Source: Nitrosopumilus maritimus SCM1
GTDB lineage: Archaea > Thermoproteota > Nitrososphaeria > Nitrososphaerales > Nitrosopumilaceae
Direction of reading: 5' to 3'
Length of the DNA stretch: 32,000 nt
NCBI RefSeq assembly: GCF_000018465.1
Contig: NC_010085.1
Span: 1,230,001 to 1,262,000 of the forward strand
A program made the position numbers and the translations under genes. The notes below the pieces were generated by a model. It ran no database searches. It was not told the DNA's origin and was given only the letters and a program-made list of their open reading frames with translations. Positions 25,511 through 32,000 of this stretch are shown piece after piece. The number at the start of each line of letters is the position of its first letter. Position 1 is the stretch's first letter.

Positions 25511-26839
25511 TCACGGACTATTCAAAGTCTGCATAAACTGTTGATTATTCATCATGTTGTTCATCATCTGAGGGTGCATCATCATGTTGTCCATCATTTG
25601 TTGACGTAATTCTGGATCATCCATCATGGTATTCATCATTGGACTCATCATGTTGCCCATCATTCCCTGCATATGCCAAGGATTGTTTAACATCATGTCA
25701 TGCATGTTCTGCATTACTTGAGGATCATTCATCATCTGACCCATCATGTTGTTCATCATTTGGGGGTTGTTCATAGTCCAATTACTATTCATCATAGTTC
25801 CCATATTCATCATGTTCATCATTTGTTTATTGTTCATCATGTCATACATCATCTGTGGATGATTCATCATGTCATACATCATTTGTTGTCTTAGTTCAGG
25901 ATCACTCATTGCAGTTCCCATAGCACTCATGTTATTCATATTTGACATCATACCGTGATTCATTCCCATCATGTTGCCCATCATCATTCCTTTGCCCATC
26001 ATGTTGTTACCCATCATAGAACCACCCATCATGTTGTTACCCATCATGCCTTGGTTCATTCCAGAACCCATCATGTTGCCATTCATCATGTTGTTTCCCA
26101 TCATGTTATTGTTCATCATCATATTACCCATCATGTTGCCCATCATCATTTTACCATTCATCATGTTCATCATCATTCCATTGTTCATCATGTCTTGCAT
26201 CATCTGTTGATTATTCATCATCATATCCATCATCTGTTGTCTTAGTTCAGGATCATTCATCATTCCCATCATTCCATGATTCATTGTACCTCCCATCATC
26301 ATGTCCATCATAGTGCTATTTCCTCGCATTGCTTGCATCATTGGTTGATGTTGTGCCATCATATCCATCATCTGTTGTCGTAGTTCTGGATTATCCATCA
26401 TTGTGTTCATCATCGGACTCATCATCTGAGGATTTTTCATCATTGTTGCTTTCATTTGATCAGTCATTGTCTGCAAATGCTGAGGATCATTTGCCATAGT
26501 ATCATACCAAAGTTTTCCAGTTTGCTGATTGCTTAACATGCTATTCATTACACGTTGCATTTGTTGTGGGTCGTTTGTCATCATGTTCAAATCCCAATTA
26601 CCCCATCCTCTATCTGCCAATCTCAGATAGCTGTCAGGATTAACACACGCAGGCATTCCCATGTTTTTCATCATGAGAACCTTACCGTCAGCACATACGA
26701 TTTGGTTTGGATTTGTTCCCATCATCATCTGCTGTTTTGGACTCATCATGGTTTGTGCCATAACTTGCTCAGAAAGTAACGATAGTGAAATTGTAGCAAT
26801 AGTGAAAATTAAGATTACAGAAAATAATGCCCTTTTCAT
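25511..26839 (-). CDS. Secreted extremely Met/Asn/Gln-rich repeat protein
   Basis: Signal peptide MKRALFSVILIFTIATISLSLLSEQVMAQ; Cys module; tandem (D/N)PELRQQMM and MMNN(P/Q)QMM repeats. Confidence 0.85.
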   Translation of the reverse strand: MKRALFSVILIFTIATISLSLLSEQVMAQTMMSPKQQMMMGTNPNQIVCADGKVLMMKNMGMPACVNPDSYLRLADRGWGNWDLNMMTNDPQQMQRVMNSMLSNQQTGKLWYDTMANDPQHLQTMTDQMKATMMKNPQMMSPMMNTMMDNPELRQQMMDMMAQHQPMMQAMRGNSTMMDMMMGGTMNHGMMGMMNDPELRQQMMDMMMNNQQMMQDMMNNGMMMNMMNGKMMMGNMMGNMMMNNNMMGNNMMNGNMMGSGMNQGMMGNNMMGGSMMGNNMMGKGMMMGNMMGMNHGMMSNMNNMSAMGTAMSDPELRQQMMYDMMNHPQMMYDMMNNKQMMNMMNMGTMMNSNWTMNNPQMMNNMMGQMMNDPQVMQNMHDMMLNNPWHMQGMMGNMMSPMMNTMMDDPELRQQMMDNMMMHPQMMNNMMNNQQFMQTLNSP

Positions 26840-26917
26840 ACTTTATTGATAGTGTTTTTGTTAAATTTAAAGTATATACCATATTTCACAGATGATTCTC
26901 AGATGATGTAATGAGAA

Positions 26918-27538
26918 TTATGATGACTCGGATTGTTTTAGATCATTTCTAGCGTCCTTAATGATTGAGAATGATGATTGTAAAAAGAGACTTGCAATTA
27001 TTCCAGCTACTATAAGATCAGGGTAGGATGTTCCTGTCAAAAATACAAAACCTGCACCAACTATTACCAAAATATTGCCAAGTGCGTCATTGCGACTAAA
27101 GAGCCATACTGCACGTACATTTGCGTCACCTTTTCGATGTGGAAGCAATATGATAACTGCAATTACATTTATCAAAAGTGCACCAAAGCCAAAGACTCCC
27201 ATCATTCCAGCTTCTGGAACATGCAAAACTTGTGTGCGATATATTGTATATCCAAGTACTGCAATTCCCATTGCACCAAGGAATATTCCTTGGAGTAAAG
27301 CTGAGCGAGCACGTAATCTAAGACCCCATCCTATTGCAAGTAATCCTAAAAATGTGATTGACCCGTCACCTAGAAAATCAAGTGCGTCAGCTTTGAGTGC
27401 TTGAGAATCTGCCAAGAATCCCCCAATCATTTCGGCAACCCCGTAACCTACATTGATTAAAACGACAACCCATAATGCGCGTTTGTATGCAGGTGTGATA
27501 TGAGCAAGATCTTTTGGTAAATCATCATCGTCTGGCAT
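26918..27538 (-). CDS. Cation diffusion facilitator family transporter (short form)
   Basis: GGFLADSQALKADALDFLGDG and SRNDALGNILVIVGAG motifs; ends after the TM region. Confidence 0.85.
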   Translation of the reverse strand: MPDDDDLPKDLAHITPAYKRALWVVVLINVGYGVAEMIGGFLADSQALKADALDFLGDGSITFLGLLAIGWGLRLRARSALLQGIFLGAMGIAVLGYTIYRTQVLHVPEAGMMGVFGFGALLINVIAVIILLPHRKGDANVRAVWLFSRNDALGNILVIVGAGFVFLTGTSYPDLIVAGIIASLFLQSSFSIIKDARNDLKQSESS

Positions 27539-27574
27539 TAACTTTACCTCTCAAATTCAATTAGAGTTAAATAA

Positions 27575-27602
27575 TAACATATCATTAATTAATGATATGT
27601 TA
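27575..27602. promoter_or_regulatory. 28-nt perfect palindrome, ArsR operator candidate
   Basis: TAACATATCATTAATTAATGATATGTTA lies between the divergent CDF and ArsR genes and covers the ArsR ATG. Confidence 0.75.
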
Positions 27603-27926
27603 AAACAAGAGACAGACAAACTTGAATTAAAAGCAAAACTGTTTCGAGGTTTTGGAGACATGACAAGACTATCCATACTAGAATCCATCATAGATGAAGA
27701 AAAGACGGTCACAGATATTTCTCAAAAAGTAAAGCAAAGCCAATCAAATGTGTCTAATCACCTATCATGTTTACTAGAATGTGGGCTTGTGAAGATTAGA
27801 AAAGATGGCAAAAACAGGTTTTACAGTATTGGAGATAAGCGAGTTGTCAAGCTTCTCAAGCAGGGAGACGACATATTGTCTGATATTGCAGATGGAATCT
27901 ATTCCTGTGTGAATTACAAAAAATAA
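27597..27926 (+). CDS. ArsR-family metalloregulator
   Basis: LFRGFGDMTRLSILESI...VTDISQKVKQSQSNVSNHLSCLLECGLVKIRKDGKNRFYSI. Confidence 0.9.
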   Translation: MLKQETDKLELKAKLFRGFGDMTRLSILESIIDEEKTVTDISQKVKQSQSNVSNHLSCLLECGLVKIRKDGKNRFYSIGDKRVVKLLKQGDDILSDIADGIYSCVNYKK

Positions 27927-27998
27927 TTTTAAATCGTATTATGCAGAATAAATTAATTCCAACATCGTATTCATTAGGCATAAAATTACATCAATTTT

Positions 27999-28292
27999 AT
28001 GGCTAAATCAGCAGGATTAATCCCCACAGCAGTGATTCAAGGATTTTCTCTAGGAATACTAATGCGATTCAATATCGACATCACTCCAGCTGGAATTTTG
28101 AAGATGATTTCGCCTGCATTAGAGCCATTAGTAGTAGAGCAAACTGCATGGATAATTCCAGTTGTTTTATTGGTGTTAACTATACTTCCAATCATTGCAA
28201 TAATCAAAATTTTTCAAAGATTTGGAATACTTGGAATTATTGTATATGCAGTAATTGCTATTGGAGTATGGTATCTTGTAATGACTAGTTAA
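27999..28292 (+). CDS. Small integral membrane protein (97 aa)
   Basis: ORF track; two to three TM segments. Confidence 0.65.
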   Translation: MAKSAGLIPTAVIQGFSLGILMRFNIDITPAGILKMISPALEPLVVEQTAWIIPVVLLVLTILPIIAIIKIFQRFGILGIIVYAVIAIGVWYLVMTS

Positions 28293-28296
28293 GTTA

Positions 28297-28431
28297 TCAT
28301 ATTGTCCATTCAAGTTTTTGTGCATAATTAAGACCATGACCACAATGAGGACAACGTTGTATGTTACGTAAATGAATATGAAAAATATTTCCACAATAAG
28401 TACATCCAAAAAGTTGGTGTAAAGATATCAT
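28297..28431 (-). CDS. 44-aa zinc-ribbon microprotein
   Basis: Direct translation MISLHQLFGCTYCGNIFHIHLRNIQRCPHCGHGLNYAQKLEWTI*; overlaps track ORF 28176..28409 in another frame. Confidence 0.7.
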   Translation of the reverse strand: MISLHQLFGCTYCGNIFHIHLRNIQRCPHCGHGLNYAQKLEWTI

Positions 28432-28584
28432 AGAATAAATTAACAATGATCACATTTAGACATTTTTTATATTGTATACTGTAACATCTTGTATGGAAAT
28501 TTCAAAAGTCTCACAAAATGTATAAAAACTGTGACTAAAATAAAAATCAGTTCCATTAAAAATTACTGGATTTTACAAACTGTA

Positions 28585-28893
28585 TCATTTTGAATCAGAT
28601 TGATATGATTTAGTTTGTTCTTTAAAGAAAGAATTTGTCATATTCAATTCATTCTCGATAGTCTTTCTTCTATCTCTACTCTCTGCTTTAATTTTTCTTA
28701 GTTGTGATTTTATTGAATTATGTTTTTCTTTTTGTAATTGTTCTTGCTCTTCTTTTTGCAGATCAAGTGGTTCAAACTGCTTGCATTCAGAACCATAGTG
28801 ACCAATTCGAGTCCATTTACCATCTATCCGTACATATGCAACTAATCTAGTACAGTCTTCGTTACATTCTTCATGATATTGTCTGTAAACCAT
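28585..28893 (-). CDS. Hypothetical protein with N-terminal Cys cluster and coiled coil (102 aa)
   Basis: ECNEDCTRLVAYVRIDGKWTRIGHYGSECKQF then charged coiled coil. Confidence 0.7.
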   Translation of the reverse strand: MVYRQYHEECNEDCTRLVAYVRIDGKWTRIGHYGSECKQFEPLDLQKEEQEQLQKEKHNSIKSQLRKIKAESRDRRKTIENELNMTNSFFKEQTKSYQSDSK

Positions 28894-28901
28894 AAAATCA
28901 C

Positions 28902-29879
28902 CTAAAGAGAAAAGAATCCTCCTTGTAATGGATTATGCATAGAAGATATTTTTTCAACTGTTTTTGCAAATTGGTTTAGGCTGAGTATTTCTGAAGGCAT
29001 AATATTTGAAATGTCTCTCTTTTCTGAGTGTAGATATTTTCCAACATTTTGCATGTCTTCAATTTGATTTTTTACGCTTGTTTTAGGCGTGATTATACGC
29101 TCTAAACGTACCCGAGTTGATTTGTCTGGGAATTTTTTAGCATAAATTCGGATAAACCCTCCCACCATATCAGAAATTGTTCTCTTAAACGGTTCACCTG
29201 TAAATTCTGTTTGTCCATCCTGATTTAGATGGTAGTGATTTACTATCCAATCCAAACTATGAGGCATGTCTTTTGTTTTAAATTCTACATACAAGTATGC
29301 TCGAATAAATTCCACATGACCTAGAAATTCTTGTGCTCCACGTATATCATAAATTATTGGTTCCCAAGTACAACCAATGTCGATAGATATTGTTTTTGGA
29401 TATATTACAATTTTAGCATAGATGTCTTTTGACAGAGTTAAAGAATCAAGGAATATTCCTTTGTTGTGTTTGTTTGGAACCATTCCTTTCTTAATTGCAT
29501 TTTTGTAAATTTGTACTGAAGGGAAATTCATTTTGATGTCATGTATTGTAGGAACTTGTTTGCTTGCTTCATTGATAATCTCTTGCATGTTAGTGCCGAC
29601 CACCATACCCTCGTTTGTTACAGTTCTCTTTGTTCTACCTGTATTTTCTCCTTTAATTTTGTAATGACAAAATGTTCCTTTGATTACCGTTATGATGAGT
29701 CCCTTGTCTTTTAATCTCTTAATTCTCTGCCTAAATGCGCCTTCTTTTAGTTCTGGAAAATCTCTAACACAAACATCTTGACCCATTCTATTCTTACTTT
29801 GTATCTTTTTTGCAAATTCTTTTAGTGTTGGTGAAAGGCTGTTAATACTATGGTTGTTACTTTCGTCTGTTACATTCAA
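28902..29879 (-). CDS. Hypothetical protein with N-terminal winged helix (325 aa)
   Basis: QRIKRLKDKGLIITVIKGTFCHYKI wHTH-like N-terminus; remainder unrecognised. Confidence 0.75.
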   Translation of the reverse strand: MNVTDESNNHSINSLSPTLKEFAKKIQSKNRMGQDVCVRDFPELKEGAFRQRIKRLKDKGLIITVIKGTFCHYKIKGENTGRTKRTVTNEGMVVGTNMQEIINEASKQVPTIHDIKMNFPSVQIYKNAIKKGMVPNKHNKGIFLDSLTLSKDIYAKIVIYPKTISIDIGCTWEPIIYDIRGAQEFLGHVEFIRAYLYVEFKTKDMPHSLDWIVNHYHLNQDGQTEFTGEPFKRTISDMVGGFIRIYAKKFPDKSTRVRLERIITPKTSVKNQIEDMQNVGKYLHSEKRDISNIMPSEILSLNQFAKTVEKISSMHNPLQGGFFSL

Positions 29880-30097
29880 AGTAATACCTCCGTTGAAATT
29901 AGAAATTGTTTATCATCAGAATCATAACATTTTTGACAATATTCTATAATGTAATTTCCAGTAGAATCTCCATCAAATACAATTCTGAATTTTTTCTTTT
30001 CCAGACATTCACATTCGTATTCGATTGGTTTCAAGGCACTTTGGCTCATGTAAGCAGTTGAAAAAAATCCCTTATATTCGACGAAGTATACATACAC
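29876..30097 (-). CDS. Small Cys-containing hypothetical protein (73 aa; true start perhaps MSQSALKP)
   Basis: YECECLEKKKFRIVF...YCQKCYDS; 4-nt overlap with 28902..29879. Confidence 0.6.
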   Translation of the reverse strand: MYVYFVEYKGFFSTAYMSQSALKPIEYECECLEKKKFRIVFDGDSTGNYIIEYCQKCYDSDDKQFLISTEVLL

Positions 30098-30106
30098 CTA
30101 TACACA

Positions 30107-31366
30107 TTGACAGCGTCAAAGAAACAAGTCGTATTTGAAAAAATTAGCGAGGTACTATCAGAGTACGAGTTAACAGGAATTACAAAAAATGAGCTTGTTA
30201 GGATACTTCAGCAGGAAGGAATTGCTTCCAGAATGACATTTTACGAGTATTTCAAGGAAATGGCAGATCCAAAGAAAGCAAACATCATTCAGATGAGGAT
30301 CCCCAAAGGTAAAATCAACGCGGTTTGCTTCCCAACACCAGAAAATCAGGCAATAGTGAAACTCAAGAAGAAATTCAAATCAATTTGTAATTTACTTGGT
30401 TTGATCAAAAAGTACCCAGAGTTAGGGGATTGTTTTATTCCACTTCCAAGACTAAAGGGAGTTTACAATAGCAAAAAAATCCCACCAGACACAGGATTTG
30501 CATACAATACTTCGTTGTATTCAGAAATAATTCATTCAGAAAAGACATCATTTGGAGAATCTAGATCATATATCACATTAAGGTCTCATAGAGCTAGACA
30601 TGACATTTTAAAAGAACTCTCGGTGTTTTTGACTCACTATCTAAATTCTCCAAAAAGAAAGTACTCAAAACAGATTAAAGAAGAGTGTGTTAAAATTTTA
30701 ACACCAACTTTTTTACAAGCATTAAAAATTCTAAGTGATGATTATGTAGACACAGTTAACGTATCAAAAGATCTTAAAAAAACAATTCAATCAACAGCCC
30801 CAAAAGATTCAGCAGTATTCATAGGGTTGGTGAGGGCACCAATAATGCCACAAGTTGAAGTTGAATTTTTGAAAATTCTTGGAAGATATTACTATACAAT
30901 AAGCAAGCAGTTTTCAAAAAACATGAAGATGGATTCATGTAAGGAACAAAAAATAATTTCGCAAGTGTTAAGAGATTTTTATTGTGTAGAAGAAGACTCA
31001 AATGAAAAATTAGATTCACAAGACATTAAAAGAATATTTCAATTAAACAACAATCTAGTTACAAATAGGGGCAAAGAAACTGAAATTAAAAATGAATACG
31101 GTTTTGATGAAAATTCTCTAGCCATAAAACTTGTCAAAACATTTTCAAAAGACGAGGAAGATACGGATGATTCATTACACATCAAAATTTACTATACAAA
31201 ATTATTTTTGTCATTAGGCATATTCACTAAGAAAGAACAGCAAATCATCGAATATGATTTGAAACATGATGAGAAAGTTTTCAAATCAAAAGAGTGGGAT
31301 GACCCAAAAGAAGGAAGAGAAGTGTTAGAGGCGTTGTTTCCAAGCGAAGTATCCAAATATGAATAG
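30107..31366 (+). CDS. Hypothetical protein (419 aa), possible element-encoded protein
   Basis: Long ORF beside a recombinase; HTH-like N-terminus (LTGITKNELVRILQQEGIASRMTFYEYFKEM). Confidence 0.75.
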   Translation: MTASKKQVVFEKISEVLSEYELTGITKNELVRILQQEGIASRMTFYEYFKEMADPKKANIIQMRIPKGKINAVCFPTPENQAIVKLKKKFKSICNLLGLIKKYPELGDCFIPLPRLKGVYNSKKIPPDTGFAYNTSLYSEIIHSEKTSFGESRSYITLRSHRARHDILKELSVFLTHYLNSPKRKYSKQIKEECVKILTPTFLQALKILSDDYVDTVNVSKDLKKTIQSTAPKDSAVFIGLVRAPIMPQVEVEFLKILGRYYYTISKQFSKNMKMDSCKEQKIISQVLRDFYCVEEDSNEKLDSQDIKRIFQLNNNLVTNRGKETEIKNEYGFDENSLAIKLVKTFSKDEEDTDDSLHIKIYYTKLFLSLGIFTKKEQQIIEYDLKHDEKVFKSKEWDDPKEGREVLEALFPSEVSKYE

Positions 31367-31371
31367 AAGTG

Positions 31372-32000
31372 TTATTTTTTACGTCTGAGTTTACTGGTTC
31401 TAGAGATTTTCTTGTCCATTTTCTGCATTTTTAACCTCATTTCCTCAATTTTTGCCTCCAAATCTTCATTTGAACTAGCACCCTTGGAAATTTCCTTAAA
31501 CTTTGAAAAGATATTCAATCTTCCAGAGGCTTTGATGTACTCTTTTCGCAATGTAGCAGTAAACAGATGTGCTTGTTTTTCATACGAGTCTTTTGTCTTG
31601 TGTCCAATGAACTCTTCAGCCAAATCATATCGTACATCAGAGTCTATCAGTACAGATTTCAAAAGATCACGTGTTTCATGAGGAGTTATTCGGTATTTCT
31701 TTCTTGACCCATTTCCTACTGATTTTGAGTTTAAAATTTCATCTAACCCTGAATTTTTTCGCATTCTCTCAAAACTTTTGGTTATCCAAGTTTCTTTGAT
31801 AGGTTTTTGGAAATTATTTAAGAAAAGTGCACTCTTGTTACTCATTTCTTGCCCTGTGATTTTTTTTCTGTAAGGAAGATAATCAATTATTGCAGAAACT
31901 GCGTCTCTATCTAAGAAACCAAAATGAGATACATTAGTCTTTACTCTAGTTAGTTCTATTAGAATTGGGCATTTCTTCAAATCCCATTTTTTATAATCTT
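31372..32000 (-). CDS. Tyrosine recombinase/integrase, C-terminal part (5' end outside window)
   Basis: ITPHETRDLLKSVLIDSDV (HxxR box) and FIGHKTKDSYEKQ (Tyr nucleophile); track start 31980 is TTG and the frame stays open to the window edge. Confidence 0.82.
   Translation of the reverse strand, partial: DYKKWDLKKCPILIELTRVKTNVSHFGFLDRDAVSAIIDYLPYRKKITGQEMSNKSALFLNNFQKPIKETWITKSFERMRKNSGLDEILNSKSVGNGSRKKYRITPHETRDLLKSVLIDSDVRYDLAEEFIGHKTKDSYEKQAHLFTATLRKEYIKASGRLNIFSKFKEISKGASSNEDLEAKIEEMRLKMQKMDKKISRTSKLRRKK

Noticed and set aside
25971-26210. + strand ORF 25971..26210 rich in Met/Pro/Ile
   Set aside because: Low-complexity antisense frame of the Met-rich gene, with no independent support.
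25700-26245. Histidine-rich + strand ORFs (25700..25894 and 25955..26245) that look metal-binding
   Set aside because: They are antisense artefacts: ATG (Met) on the - strand reads CAT (His) on the + strand, so a Met-rich gene automatically yields a His-rich mirror frame.
25511-26245. Possible CRISPR or direct-repeat array from the recurring ATCATGTT-like units
   Set aside because: The repeats are degenerate and codon-phased and encode the Met-rich protein; there are no constant repeats with unique spacers.
28176-28409. Track ORF 28176..28409 as a gene
   Set aside because: Antisense into 27999..28292 and out of frame with the clear zinc ribbon at 28297..28431.

Overview
Chromosomal window with the look of a marine ammonia-oxidising archaeon (Nitrosopumilus-like Thaumarchaeota); this assignment is inferred from gene content. 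Recognisable content: an ectABCD ectoine/hydroxyectoine cluster with an MscS-like channel gene and a translationally coupled upstream gene of unknown function; aIF-1A; a Cache-HAMP-cyclase-like sensor; a NirK-like multicopper oxidase with a fused C-terminal cupredoxin, next to a hemerythrin protein and a regulator; long-chain flavodoxin; nitroreductase; a Kazal + metallo-beta-lactamase fusion; a SIMPL protein; a methyltransferase; a SirB1-like protein; an extremely Met-rich secreted protein beside a CDF transporter and an ArsR regulator; and a tyrosine-recombinase C-terminus running off the right edge. The strongest less-expected signals are: (1) a 43-nt hairpin present twice with wobble-compatible substitutions, plus a weaker third relative; (2) a shared inverted-repeat plus TATA module upstream of two paralogous tail-anchored microproteins; (3) a 28-nt perfect palindrome over the ArsR start codon; (4) the Met-rich repeat protein, candidate Cu(I) binder; (5) at least seven zinc-ribbon/finger microproteins absent from the supplied ORF track, some hidden beneath wrong-frame ORFs; (6) two small genes apparently disrupted by one-base homopolymer shifts. 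No CRISPR, rRNA or tRNA was recognised.
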